DNA of 64,000 nt from Eledone cirrhosa. Taxonomy: Eukaryota. Of the stretch, positions 13,537 through 29,624 are shown in pieces (position 1 is the stretch's first letter; each line of letters begins with the position of its first letter). Made by a program: the position numbers and the translations under genes. The notes under the pieces are model-generated. The model was not told the origin of the DNA, ran no database searches, and was given only the letters and a program-made list of their open reading frames with translations. Location of the stretch: contig OZ024743.1 in NCBI GenBank assembly GCA_964016885.1, forward strand, positions 327,794,001 through 327,858,000. Direction: 5' to 3'.

Positions 13537-13825
13537 AGGCACATGGCTTAGTGGTTAGAGCATTGGCCTTGCAATCGAAAGGTTGTGAGTTCAATTCTCA
13601 GACCGGGTGATGTGTTGTTTCCTTGAGCAAGACACTTTATTTCACATTGCTCCAGTTTACTCAGCTGTAGAAATGAGATGAGAGACTGGGGTCCATATCA
13701 TTCCACTGCAAAGTGGTCGTGGAGGTGCCACGGCAAAGAAGCACCTAGCACTCACTGTAAATGAGGTTGGTTTAGGAAGGGCATCCAGCTGTAGAAATCA
13801 AGCCAGAATCAGTTCCCGTCCCACC
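13535..13825 (+). mobile_element. tRNA-derived SINE with RTE-derived 3' tail (3'-truncated)
   Basis: A box TGGCTTAGTGG, B box GAGTTCAATTC, ttGCAat anticodon-like loop, central ccttgagcaagacactt block, tail aggaagggcatccagc shared with the RTE 3' UTR. Confidence 0.88.
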
Positions 13826-16800
13826 CACTGGGTTGTATAAATATAACAAGACACTGGGTTGTATGTACAATATTTATTTAACAAGGTTGAGCTATGTAGA
13901 GCAGAATAGTTGACATGCCAAGAGAGATGAAAGGATGAGTTATTTGTTTACCGTTTTGAAGTCATCGCGCATTAGACCAAGAGGTCTTTACATTACCAAG
14001 TTCAGGTTGCCAGAGAGTATAGCCTCGGCGAACGCGCCTGGCCGAAGGGCCAGGCAGGTTTAAAGAGAGGGAGGTAGCTTTCAGCTCTCTCCTTTATAGG
14101 GTCCCTGGACGGAAGTGACAAAGAAGGTTCTGCCACCTCAACGGGAAGTAACTCCAGCTACTTCCTGTCTAGAGAGCACTACTGGTGATGTGATCGTCAT
14201 AACAAGGGAGGCAACTCTTGTTACATTATCTCCCGCCAGATTTTTAAAACAAAAATCGAATCAACCATGTATGAAGTAAGATGGCGAGCATGTAACACCA
14301 AAGTCCAGGCATGAAAATTACAAAAAAAAAAATGTTTGCAATAAAAGCAAAACAACAAAATATAAGCATGCAAAAATCAATGATAGATATCAAGGTAGCC
14401 AACCGCTCTTGGCCAGAGAACGACTGGACATCTATCTATCCATCACACAAAGATACAATGTAATCAATCTAAAAGAAGAGGTCATAGGAGCAAAGAAACG
14501 TGCTCGAACATAGTTATTAAAAAAAGGTTCAAATGTTCAAAATACAGTTCACAGGTGACAGCAGGAAAGAAAGTGTGTCCTCAAGAGAATATATGCAGAT
14601 GGTTTCTGGACTGTGGTACAACGTGAAATTCCCAACCTCCGAAGGAATTTTCTCACAGGAAGAGTGCTGCAAAAATAAATTCTCTGTGTTTTGGTTGTTG
14701 ATAAAGCAAAGATGAAGCCGTGTTGTTGTCTCGCGGAATGAGCCTATTCGATGTTTCCATTCACAGTAAAAAGTTTCCCAGAAAAAAATTAGTTGCGCAA
14801 AGTGCTAGAAATAACAGCCAAAGTTGATGGTCGATGTTGAGAACGCGTTGACCTGGAAGGGTCAAGAGGCCAGCGACCAAAGAAATAAGCATTCTGAATA
14901 AATGTGCAGTTTTCAACGGCAAATTTACGTGGTAAATTTTTAAACCGGCAAATATGAGGATATAGCTTAAGGCTGGAGAATCCTTGTCAAGAAACATTAT
15001 CTATGGCGTGTGTTATCTCAGTGAGTCGAGATGTGTGCTCCCACACGTGCCGAAACAAGGTTAAAATCAAGTTGAAAAAAAAAAAATTCTATTGCCCGAG
15101 AAAATGGCGCGAAAATGATAGTGCAACAGGTCGTTGGCAGCCATTTTGAAAAATTTGTGTGTGAACGTGATATGATGAAAAAGAAGGAAAGGCTTTGTAT
15201 ATGGTGAGAGTTCAATTTTTTTTTTTTTTTTAGTGATGAAAAAGTAGCAGAAAAGGCTTAGTTGAATGAGTAAGCGAGCTGTGATGTTCATCAAAACTGA
15301 CATGTTGGATATAAGAATACAGGAGTCCAAGTCTTTTTGAGTGTTCGTTGTGAGACGGACGAAGGATATATCGAGTGATTGAAACACATTTGAACGATGT
15401 AAACACGTGAGGTGAAAAGCAAAATTTTTTCTTGTTTGTTTGCTGCTAAGGAAAAGATTACTTATATTTTTCGTTGTAGACAAAATCCATGTGGAATGTT
15501 GTAGAAAATATCCATGTTCTTTTTGAAATACTGCTAATTAATTTTCTTTTTTTTTTTATACATTTACACAACACTAGATCCTATTATTTTTTTTTTCGGG
15601 GTCACCAATTATAACAGGGACACTGGGTTCATCATCGTCATCATCATCATCATCATCGTTTAACGTCCATCTTCCACGGCTTGCATGGAGGTTTCCCACT
15701 TGAGGCAAGATTTGTTGTCCTGCTCGTATAGGACTGTCTGGCGGGTTTTCTACGGCTGGATGCCCTTCCTAACACCAACCACGTTTACAGTGTGGACTGG
15801 GAGGTTTTTACCGTGTTACCTACACGGCCACATTACAGCGTGGACTGTGTGTTTTTTTGTCGTGACACCTACACGACCTCATTTGTTTCGGACTGGATGT
15901 TGTGGTACCAAAATAACTTCACATTTAAGTGGGTGGTGTGGATGGGGTGGGGGTAGAGGGAGGGGGTGTATTTTGTTAGAGGTGTCTACTGACTGTAGGT
16001 TTCGCTTTGTACTTAGGCAAGGCGGGTCTTCTGTATGACTGTGTAGCGCCAAAGATCTCGGTCCAGTGACATTGTCTTGGAGAGGTGTAAGTGTGTGAGG
16101 TCGAAATTTATCAAGTCATCCCAGGTTTTTCTGGGTCTGCCTACTCCGTGGCTACCGTCTATTTTTATCGCCCTGCACTTTTTTATACAGCTGTCGTCTT
16201 TCATGCGCATCACGTGACCGTACCAACGTAGTTTTCTCTCGAGTAAACAACATCTGATCCCTCTTATTCCTAATTTCTCCCTTAGTTCGTTTATGCTTTG
16301 CCGTTCACGTATATTACTATTACACATCCAGCAGAGCATGCAAGCTTCGTTTCTCTCCAGTCTGCGTATATCCTCTGCACACAATGCCCAGGTCTCACTG
16401 CCATGTAACATTGCTGTTCGTATGCAGGCATCATACAGCCTGCCTTTCATTTTTAGAGAGAACCTTTTAGTGGCCAATAGTGGTATAAGCTCTCTGAACT
16501 TTTTCCATCCCGTTGTGACTCTAGCTACTGTACTTTCAGAGCACCCTCCCCCACTGCTGATTTTGTCACCCAGGTAACGGAAGGTGTCCACTATTTCTAT
16601 AGTACCATCTGTGCAATGGAATGAGCTAGTATTCTTTGGGCACTTGCTGCTACTTATTGCACCAGAGCACCGGCCACATATAAAATCTATATTCTTAGTT
16701 AGCTTACCTGTGATCCCACTACATCTTTTATGCACCCATACTTTGCATTTGGGACATAAAATGGAGTTTCTGCCTACTCCTCGGTTGTATGAATATAACA

Positions 16801-17184
16801 GCGACACTGGGTTGTATGTACAATAATTATTTAACAAGGTTGAGCTATGTAGAGCAGAATAGTTGACATGCCAAGAGAGATGAAAGGATGAGTTAAAGTT
16901 ATTTGTTTACCGTTTTGAAGTCATTGCGCATTAGACCAAGAGGTCTTTACATTACCATGTTCAGATTGCCAGAGAGTATAGCCTCGGCGAACGCGCCTGG
17001 CCGAAGGGCCGGGCAGGTTAAAAGAGAGGGAGATAGCTTTCAGCTCTCTCCTTTATAGGGTCCCTGGACAGAAGTGACAAAGAAGGTTCTGCCACCTCAA
17101 CGGGAAGTAACTCCAGCTACTTCCTGTCTAGAGAGCGCTACTGGTGATGTGATCGTCATAACAAGGGAAGCAACTCTTGCTACA
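13826..17184 (-). mobile_element. Non-autonomous LTR retrotransposon (TRIM-like): ~400-bp LTRs and 1.4-kb non-coding interior
   Basis: 3' LTR 13826-14225; 5' LTR 15608-15629 + 16783-17184; TGTA start on the minus strand; PBS TGGTGACCCCG at 15597-15607; purine-rich PPT (ctggcgggagataa) at 14226-14239; TATAAA in both LTRs, AATAAA in the 3' LTR. Confidence 0.8.
15630..16782 (-). mobile_element. 5'-truncated RTE subfamily B LINE inserted inside the 5' LTR
   Basis: ORF 16013-16837 (MLHGSETW, KLRWYGHVMRM, GRPRKTW); (GAT)n tail at 15630; LTR sequence resumes on both sides with a duplicated ggtt. Confidence 0.88.
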
Positions 17185-20060
17185 AGTTCACCATACCGAG
17201 AACAATTGTTTCACCTTAGCGGATCCTCAGCTCGTAATGGACTGAGTGTCTACCACTACGGATATTACCTTCCAGTGTTCTACCACTATATATATATATA
17301 TATAAAATCCAAAAAACCCATAAGAAACCCTCAAATTCGGGAATATACAAAAACACAAGAAATGAAGAATTCTCACACAATAAACAAATATCAACCAGAA
17401 ATCGGAGAATCCCAAACACACAATTATACACAAACTAAATACTGAACACCAGTACTATCAAAACACACTACTATCAAAACCCCAAGAACAATTACCTGCG
17501 GCAAAATCAAAGACATATGATGACCGAACGGAACAACAGAAGAACTAGACTCCATATATCAACCACCAAACAAAATACTACCGTTCAGAAAATTATCAAC
17601 ATGAAATGCCAGCAAACAAACATTTCACCACAACAGAAACACTGGTACCTCAAATGGGAATTATTTTTTTTAGAACAAGGTGCCTCCTACCAAATGAAAA
17701 GAAAAAACACTACCCTTCAAGTGGCACCCGACGAGAAAACTCCAAAGGAACCAAAAATAATCAACATATCGGCAAAAAAGCTAACACAACAGGAAATAAA
17801 ATTGCTAGAAAATGGACTGAAATTCACACCCACTCCAAAAGCAGATCAAGCCGACCTTATCAAAGACACAGCAGATTTTTGTCAAAAATTACGTCTAGGA
17901 GAATTCTTCCAGGGTGTAGAATACGAGGAAGAATCACTAGTAAGAAACAAAAAGAACTTCAAGCCTCCGTTAAATAGAGACAAACACCTGGAGGACTACA
18001 TAACCTACCCCCGACGATCAGCATAGTCAAATACTGCAGAGACGAAACACAAACACAACATCCCTACAGACCAACTGCAAGCACTAAACAAACTACAAAA
18101 AGACTCCTCAATAATCATAAAAGAAGCAGACAAAGGTGGAGCAATCATCATCATCATGAACAAAAACCACTACAAGGATATGGTCCTAGAACAGCTGAAT
18201 AACGAGGCCTTTTAGAGAAAAATCAGCAAAAACGAAGAAAGAAAATCGATGGTTAAAGTAGGCAAACTGACGACCAAGTACCAAAACAACCTCACACTGA
18301 AGGAAATCAATTATTTAACCAACTTCGAAATGAAAACCAGCAATTTCTATGGTTTATCGAAGGTTCACAAATCCAGAGAAATCCAAAACAACATAAAAGG
18401 CAAAAATACATTATATGTTGAAGTACCAAAACCGACAGATTTAAAATTACGCGCAATTGTTGCCGGTCTAGCCTCAAGCACACAACGTCTAAGCAACCTA
18501 TTAGACATCATACTTATGTAAAAAAGTGCCAAGCTTCATCAAAGCTGATATGGAATTCCTGAACTATATCCCCCAGAAAGTACACCAAGAAACAATCTTT
18601 CAGCTTTGACGTAACAAGCTTATATACTAACATCCCACACGACTTTGGAGTTGAAGCTGTTGACTTCTGGATTACAAAACATCCAGACTACATTTCAGAG
18701 AGATTCCCACAAAAAGATTATTTTGGAAGTACTCAAACTAGTACTGGAGAACAACCACTCTTTTTTTTATAACGAACTATATTTACAAATAAAAGGAACA
18801 GCCATGGGTACCAAAGTGGCCCCAACATATGCAACACTCGTTATGGGCCACCTGGAGGCAAAATTACATTCCAAACTGCAGGAAACATTCAGTCATGACT
18901 TTGCCACCTACATTAATCACAACTGGAAACGCTACCTAGACGACTGCTTCATCTTCTGGAATAGAAGCCAAGAAGACCTTCGAAGATTCCATTCCATCAT
19001 AAACAATCTTCACAAAGAAATAAAATTCACCATGGAATATAATAAAAAGGAGCTACCGTTTCTGGATATCCTTATCATTAAGGAAGGGGAAAATATCAAA
19101 ACGGACTTATTTTACAAACCAACAGACACACACCAATATTTGAATTTCCGTTCAGCACACCCATCACATACCAAAAGAAACATTCCTTTTAACATGGAAA
19201 GACGCATCTGCACCATAGTAACACACCCCACACTACAGGAAAAAAGATTATATGAATTAAAAGAGTTCCTCAAAAGACAAGAATATCCGGTGAACCTCAT
19301 CAACAAAGCCATCTCCAAAGCCCAGAACATCCCAGTGACAACACTGAGAAAAACAAAGCAACAAAATAGAATGGAAAAACAGTTATCCCTTTTGTCATCA
19401 CTCACAATCCAAGGAACTTCAACATTGTGAAAGCCGCCAAACAATATCTCCCGATTCTCCAGCAGTCCCCTCAAATGAATGCACTCATAAAAGACGCACA
19501 AATTATATATAGTAGACGCCAAGCCCCCAACCTAAAGAAACTGCTTACCAAGGCAAAATTCACGTCTAATAAGGAAGCAATGCAAGTTAAGAAATGCGGG
19601 GATCCTCGATGCGGAACTTGCGAACTCATTGAAGAGGGTGGACAAATCTCCTTTAAAAACAACCAGTCTTTCACAGTTAATGCAAACATGAATTGCAAAA
19701 CAAAAAACTTGATTTACTGTGCAACCTGCCCACAATGTAAAGAATACTACGGGTCTATATGACAGAGTTTGAGTACATAAACAACAAATTAGAGACCCCT
19801 CAGTGAACACTTCGCAACATGCGGAAAGGGAAATTTCACAGTTTTCCCCTTCTTTAAGATTTGGTCGGACAACAAACACTTCCGAAAATATAAAGAAGAA
19901 TTCTTTATTAGAAAATACAAACCATTACTGAACACAAAAAAGTGATCTTCCATCTTCAAGCAACGGGATTCTCTCCCTCTCTTTTCTTTAAAAAATCTCA
20001 TATTGAAAAAGAACCCGTACTTTCAAACATTCAATCGCTGAAGAGAAGAAAAGCCCTCAA
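17185..20060 (+). mobile_element. Penelope-like retroelement, Neptune-type: RT + Zn finger + GIY-YIG, fragmented
   Basis: GLKFTPTP (17517-18026), FYGLSKVHK, QIKGTAMGTKVAPTYA, WKRYLDD, LPFLD, YKPTDTHQYL, then CGDPRCGTC and NLIYCATCPQCKEYYG. Confidence 0.9.
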
Positions 20061-20237
20061 AGGTGCAATAACATTTCATTAATTTCCCCTTCCCCACACC
20101 AATGTATATATGAACTTAAACACTTGAGTAGATGTGTATACATATATGTATGTATAGATGTGTTTTTTATATGTGTCTGTAGGTATACAGATATATGTGT
20201 ACATGTTTATGTGTATGTGTGCATAGGTGTGTGTGTG

Positions 20238-20325
<88 letters not shown>

Positions 20326-20519
20326 CGTGTGTGTGTGTATGTATGTATATAAAATGTGTGGAATATATATATATATATGTGTGTATCTGTTAGACACGCA
20401 GTGACTAACAACAGAATGTTTTAAGTCTGCGTGTCTGACATATATGCGTAGCTTGTGAATAAAATATTCAAGGGGTGTCGCTGGCCGTGGTGATGCCTCC
20501 CAAACATCTTTTGTAATGT

Positions 20520-20690
20520 ATCGTCTTATTGGCTAATTTCATCGTCTTATTGGCTAATCAACCAACGAGAGTAATTGTTGCTCAAAGGCATCCGCCATTT
20601 TGTTTGCACGTTTATTTATCGCTTCGCTTTCGAATCTTCCTCCTGTATTTCGTCGTTTATCATCAACATATTTTTCTCATTTTGGTAAGT
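20520..20690 (+). promoter_or_regulatory. Promoter-like cassette: two inverted CCAAT boxes, YY1-like site, downstream splice donor
   Basis: 18-bp direct repeat atcgtcttattggctaat (20520-20537, 20541-20558); CCGCCATTTT at 20592-20601; GTAAGT at 20685-20690. Confidence 0.35.
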
Positions 20691-21239
20691 TATATTGTTA
20701 ATTTATATATGATTTTTAAAATTTATATTAACTATTTTTTTTTCAGTTCGTTGTAATATGCTTATAATATGCTTATAATATTGGTTGTATCATATTTACT
20801 TGTATATTTGTCCATATTATTGTTCGTTTTATGTTAGATTATTTTATTATTATTATGTTAGATTATTTTTTTTGTTATTATGTTAGACTATTTGTATGTA
20901 ATATTTAATTTTTATTAATTCAACTATAACAATTATTATGTAAAATATATTTATTTAATATTGATTGTTTTTTGGTAGTTGTTTATATTAAAAGTCTGAA
21001 AATATTTTTATACATCTTACAATAATATTTATAAGATCATTTATAAAATAACAATTATATAATCTAATTACATTACAACGATAATTTATTATTAATATAT
21101 ATCATTACGGGGTCGATAAAATAAAGTACCAGTAATACACTGGGTAATTGCTGGCCTTGTGCCTAAAGTAGAAACAATTATTAATATATATCATGTTTAA
21201 CTAGAGTTATTACAAGCGTTGCCTTAAAAAAAAAATTAA

Positions 21240-21682
21240 ACTAGACCTGAAAAATGCAGAAGCTCTAAGAGCCACAGAATGTTATAATAAACCTTCAAAA
21301 GTGTGGGACTAGAGTTGTTGCTCAAAAATATTGTAATCATTATCTATCGTACACTCTGTGCATCCTTTTATAAAAAAGAGACTCATAACGAACTCAAGAC
21401 GACAAGATAATTATTTAAGTGAATTTATAATATAGAATTCGGTTTAAGTGCATTTCGTATTAATCTTTACTAAACATCTAATATGAAATATTGAATATTA
21501 GCTTAAATAATTATCGTGTCGTCTTGAGTTCGTTATGAGTTTCTTTTTTATAAAAGGATGCACAGAGTGTACGATAGATAATGATTACAATATTTTTGAG
21601 CAACAACTCTAGTCCCACACTTTTGAAGGTTTATTATAACATTCTGTGGCTCTTTTGAGCTTGCGCATTTTTCAGGTCTAGT
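21240..21682. mobile_element. MITE-like fold-back element, ~180-bp inverted arms, ACTAG...CTAGT termini
   Basis: 21240-21419 is the near-perfect reverse complement of ~21501-21682; ~80-bp AT-rich spacer. Confidence 0.75.
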
Positions 21683-22059
21683 ATATATATGTATATGTGT
21701 ATATGTGTGTATGTATATATGTGTGTGTATATATGTGTGTATGTATAAAATATATATGTGTGTGTATGGGAGATATATATATATATATGTGTGTGTGTGT
21801 ATATATGTGGGAGATTTATATAATATGTATATAGGATGTATATGATATATGTGTGGGATATATGTGTGGTATATGCATAGGATATATATAGTGTGTATAT
21901 AAATTGTATGTATGGTATATGTGTAAAAAAATATATATATGGTGTGTGTATCGGATATATATATATGTATGTAGAAAATATATATGTGTGTATATGTGGT
22001 GTGTTTATATATGTATGTGTATGAAATATATGTATATGTATGTATAGGAGATATATATA

Positions 22060-25000
22060 TCATCATCATCATCATCATATATATAATCATCATCATCATT
22101 TTATGTTCGCTTTTCCCTGCTTGCAAGGGTTTGGCGGGTCCTATTCAGCACAGCATCTCTCCACTTATCACGGTCCTTCGTCATCTCCTCGGTGAGTTTC
22201 AACAATCTGAGGTCTGCTCTCACCACCTCTGCCCATGTTTTACGTGGTCTACCTCTACTGCGTCTTCCTTCTACTGGGATTTCGTGGCACTTCTTTACCC
22301 AGCGGTCATCCTCCATGCGCATCACATATCCATACCATCTCAGCCTTCTCTCCTGCACACCACAACTTATCCCTATTATACCCAGTTTCTTTCTCAACTC
22401 GTCCATGATTAATCGTTCATGCACATTGACATTGCACATCCAACGGAGCATACTTGCTTTATTTCTCTCCAGCTATCGCATATACTCTGCAGTTGCTGCC
22501 CATGTCTCACTACCATGCAGCATCGCGCATCTCACACAGGCATCATATAACCGTCCTTTCGTATGCAGGGAGTAACCCTTCTTTGTCAACAAAGTAAGCA
22601 GCTCCCTAAACTTCTTCCAACCTGTCCTTATTCTAGATACTTTGGCCTCGGAACACCCTCCTCCCATGCTAATCTGATCACCTAGGTACCGGAAGCTATC
22701 AACCACTTCTATAGAACCCACCTGCATCGGAAAAATGTGTCTATCACTGCGATTAATACTGCCAACTTTCCCTGTACATCTACTGCATACGTAGTTTTCC
22801 CTACCTGTTAGTTTGCCTGCTATCCCACTACATCTCTTGTGTACCCAAGATCTGCATTGTGTACATTTTATGGAATTTATGCCAGTTCCTTTCCTACATA
22901 TCGAACATGGCAATTTCCCTGATGGAATCGGAGTATTGTCCTCTATTCTACTTACCAACACTTTTGTCTTAGCTATATTCACTCTCAGTCCTCTTGATTC
23001 CAACTGCTGTTTTCATAGCCAGAATTTATTCTCTAGCACCTCTACTGATTCTGCTATAAGAGCCAGATCATCAGCATATAGAAGTTCCTCTGGAGGCTTG
23101 GAGGACTATAATGAACAAGAGCGGACTGAGGACCGAACCCTGATGTACACCTACCTGTATCTGGAATTCCTCACTAAACTCCATACCGACTCTCACTTTA
23201 CTGACAGCACCTCAGTACAAAATTTGCACTGTCCTGACAAGCCATTCCTCTACATCTAGTTTCCTTAGGGACCACCAGATTACAGATCGGGGTACCCTAT
23301 CAAAGGCCTTCTCTAGGTCAACAAAAGCTAAGTATAGTGGCTTATTCTTCTCTAAGAACTTCTCTTGTAGTTGCCTCACTAAGAAGAGGGCATCTGTTGT
23401 ACTTTTCCGAGACACAAAACCAAACTGCATGTCATCTAATTTGACCCTTTCTCTAATCAGTTGCGCTAATATTCTCTCTGCCACTTTCATAACCTGATCC
23501 ATCAGCTTTATGCCCCTATAATTGCTCCTCTCCAGAGCATCCCCTTTACCTTTGTAGCAATTTATGAGAATACTGTTGCACCAGTCTTTGGGTATGGCAC
23601 CACCATATATAACTTGATTGATGATGCGTGCAACCAGTTTAATGCCTACTTCACCTGATGCCTTCAGTATCTCAGCAACTATTCCTGACGATCCAGCAGC
23701 CTTACTGTTCTTCATTTCTTTAATTGCCTATTGTACCCTATATTCGTCAATCTCAATAGCTGGTCCTTCTGTTGAGTCTACTGGGGGTAATTTCTCTCTG
23801 TCCCATTCATTCTCCACATTCATCAGTCTCTCATAGTGACATTTCCAGGCCTACTTTTTTTTATCATTCGTGACACTAAGTACACCGGCATCATTCCGGA
23901 CACATTTATCTCCAACAACATCCTGATTTGCACTGACACACTGCCTTGCAATGTGGAACACCGCACGTCTCTGATCTTCCCATCGCAGAACATTGGCAAA
24001 CCTCCTACTCTCCGCCTCCCTGCGTGCTAAGTACACCTGACGTCTAGCTTCTCTCCTGGCAGCTGTGTATCCTTCCCTACTCCCACCCTTTTTCCAAGCC
24101 TTCCATGCCAGTCTTTTGTCTCTAATGGCCCTATCTACCGTGTTGTTCCACCACCAGGTCACTCTCTGTCTGGTTGAAGCTCTGCCCCAACCACAAGTTT
24201 CTTCAGTAGCCTGCAGTAAGTTGTCACGTAAGAAATTCCAGTTATCATCTATGTCATACAACTCTAAATCGCCTTCTTTTTCGTCATACACGTCTTGAAG
24301 GGCTTTGCTAAATTTATATTTTAATGAAAGGTCTTTTAGCTTCCAGACCTTTCTTTTCCACACCTTCCTGTATGTCTCATTCTTTCTCATGCTTACTGAG
24401 ATGTCACTAACGACTAACCTATGCTGTGGGGTACATTCTTCCCCAGGGTATGCCTTGGTATTTGACACCATCTGCCTGTCTCGCTGTCTAATTAGCAGGA
24501 AGTCAATCTGGCTTATGTGCTCGCCTGATTTGTAGGTTGTTAGGTGGTTGGTAGGCTTCTGGAAGTTAGTGTTGCAAATGGTTAGTATACTTGCATCACA
24601 AAATTCAAGAAGCCTCACTCCTTCTTCATTTCTTGAGCCGTAACTGTGCCCACCATGTACCCCAGTGTATCCATCCTAGAGCTGTCCAACATGTCCATTG
24701 AAGTCCCCTGCTAGCATAATGATGTCTCCGTCCTCTGTCATTGCGGTTGTTTGTAAAAGTTGCTCGTAAAAGCAGTCTTTCTCTTCTTTGCCTGGGCCTG
24801 CCTGGGGAGCATAGGCCGAGATGATTGTCAGTAGTCTCCTGCCTACAACTAATCTAAGCTTAATTATTCTATCACTATCTCTAACTACCTCTATTGTCTT
24901 ATTGATCCACCTCTCAGCCAGTAATATGCCCACCCCACCTAACCCATCATCATTACCCACCCAGAAAAGCTTATAACTACGATGTTTGCCTGCGATTAGT

Positions 25001-25290
25001 CTTGCAGAGGCACCTCTCCATCTCACCTCTTGCACACAGCACACATCCACATGCCTTCTCTCCAGCATCTCCGCTATCTCACCAGATCTACCTATTAGAG
25101 TGCCAACATTAAGTGTGGCAACTCTGAGATGCGACGTCTCCTTCTTTTTCCTGTTGTGCGATTGCTTGATGACGGTCGTGGGATTCTCACACATGGCCTC
25201 ACTAGCCACCCCACTACCGTGCGCAGCCCTAACATTGTTAGTGTTATTGCTGTTTACGCAGTTGTTGCAAATTTCAATCGTTGTGTTCAT
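22060..25290 (-). mobile_element. RTE-clade LINE (subfamily A), near full length, frameshifted
   Basis: APE (LRVATLNVGT, CVQEVRW, AGDFNGHVG) in 24676-25290; RT (YRGIKLM, FVDLEKAFDRV) in 23212-23715; C-terminus 22101-23003; (GAT)n tail; collinear with 1185-4200. Confidence 0.93.
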
Positions 25291-25367
25291 AGTGTATATA
25301 TATGTGAGATATATATATATATATATATGTGTGTGTATGTGTATGTGTGTATAAGATATATATATAT

Positions 25368-25574
25368 ATCATCATCATTTTAGTCCGCATTTCCCTACTT
25401 GCAAGGGTGGGACGGGAACTGATTCTGGCTTGATTTCTACAACTGGATGCCCTTCCTAACACCAACCTCATTTACAGTGTGGGCTGGGTGCTTTTTTGCC
25501 GTGGTGCCTACACAACCACTGGTGTCCCTATCATCTCATTTCTACAGCTGAGTAAACTGGAGCAATAAAGTGCC

Positions 25575-25576
<2 letters not shown>
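25368..25576 (-). mobile_element. SINE 3' half with (GAT)n tail
   Basis: Matches 54600-54850. Confidence 0.75.
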
Positions 25577-25651
<75 letters not shown>

Positions 25652-25723
25652 TAGCGAAGCAAGCGGTTATTAAACAATTTTCTAAATAAATTAAAAAACG
25701 ATTAAATAATCACCTGTTCAGAC

Positions 25724-25804
25724 GCTGTTACCGACGGTTTCATCATTCCGAAAGATTGAAAATCCAACGAATTTCCAATGGAAAGAAATGAATCTTCAGA
25801 CAGC
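25724..25804 (-). ncRNA. Type I hammerhead ribozyme with extended stem II
   Basis: Minus strand reads gctgt-CTGAAGA-ttcatt...aatgat-GAAA-ccgtcg-GTA-acagc; stem I gctgt/acagc; stem III acc/ggt. Confidence 0.72.
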
Positions 25805-26003
25805 CCTATTTCCACGCCATAAGGTATCTAGCCTAATAGCAAGTAAATATTATGCTCCCTGCCCAACGCATGCGGTCAAGCCGTTAAAATGACACACACG
25901 CAAATCAGGTCGCTGATAAAAGCTGGATATTATAAACATGTCGAATTGCCACTAAAATTAGCAGCATTATTCAACGTTTTGTTCTCTACATAAGGAGAAT
26001 AAT

Positions 26004-26194
26004 TATAGAAGTGGATGGATACTTCAACAGGTACAATGTACTTGTAGAAATATTCAAGTTGTTTATAATACATGTGGTTCAATTTATATTGTTCTGGTAT
26101 CTCGAATTAGTGCCATTGAACCACATGTATTATAAACAACTTGAATATTTCTACAAGTACATTGTACCTGTTGAAGTATCCATCCACTTCTATA
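26004..26194. repeat. Perfect inverted repeat, 80-bp arms, 31-bp spacer, ending in (TA)n
   Basis: 26004-26083 is the reverse complement of 26115-26194. Confidence 0.9.
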
Positions 26195-26199
26195 TATAT

Positions 26200-28563
<2,364 letters not shown>

Positions 28564-28613
28564 TAAACAAATAATGAACAAACAATTCCTTATATTAAAC
28601 AAAAAAAGTTCAC

Positions 28614-28758
28614 TATTTAACGATCGTTTCTAGGGTATATATGTGTTATAATTGGTATGCATATTTAACAGATCTATGTACAAAATTATACAAAATTATA
28701 CAAATTATCAAGATTAAATATACATACCTAACTCATATATACGCCGTCTTCAGAAATA
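28614..28758 (-). ncRNA. Hammerhead ribozyme (inverted-pLTR copy) with ~115-nt stem II region
   Basis: Reverse complement of 33625-33769. Confidence 0.6.
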
Positions 28759-29624
28759 ATGAAGTATATTTATTGATAATAACAACAATTCAAAATATCA
28801 GTTCAAAATTGACCAATGAAAACACAAAGGGTTAAAAGCAGTTTGGTGTGTGTATATACATGTAAAAACCTTACACATATTTTACAATAATGTGTGTATA
28901 ATTTGTATGTGCATACTAAAAAGATGGATGCAAACACAAAATTTCAAGGTTAATATCTCTGTAAGCTTAATGCGCTGATAAGATACGCAATGATACTTAT
29001 GGAGTCAAGCATATAAATATATTTTTTTCATACTCACACATATCAGTATAATCACACATACATGTGCGTATATGCATAAATATACACATAACCACGAACA
29101 TACAAACACACACACTCCCCCACTCACATTTATATATGTGGATATAAAATCATAAGCAAATAGAAATTAAGTCACTCACATAAAAACACTGGTACACACA
29201 TTTCAAGATCAAGATACAGAAATTAGGTGGGAGGGGGGGGGGGGAGGGGTCAGTATTAGATTGTCAGACCAGACTGCCTAATATAAATGTATCTATAAAT
29301 TAAGAAAAATAAAAAAAATAAAAACAATAAAATATAATAAATATAATATAATGTACATACACATACAGATATACATACACATACATACATGTACGCGCAC
29401 ATAGAGATATCTACACATACATACATACACACATACCTATACAGTCATACACACACATACATTTACACGAACATACACATACACATATAAAAAGATTTAA
29501 CCTTTTATTATAATTTTTTTTTTTTTATTATAATTCTTTTACAGATAAAATATAACAAAATAATATCATGTATCCTATGACGGAGAAGGAATTTTTAGTA
29601 TTATAGACCTAATTAATATACATT

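Noticed and set aside
13535-13610. tRNA-Cys gene (also 51050 and 54870)
   Set aside because: The tRNA-like head continues into a shared SINE body and RTE tail in all copies; no proper acceptor stem or terminator.
28641-28835. Identical 64-aa ORFs at 28641 (+) and 33548 (-) as a duplicated gene; likewise 42085/42261
   Set aside because: Both pairs are by-products of inverted repeats and are antisense to the pLTR.
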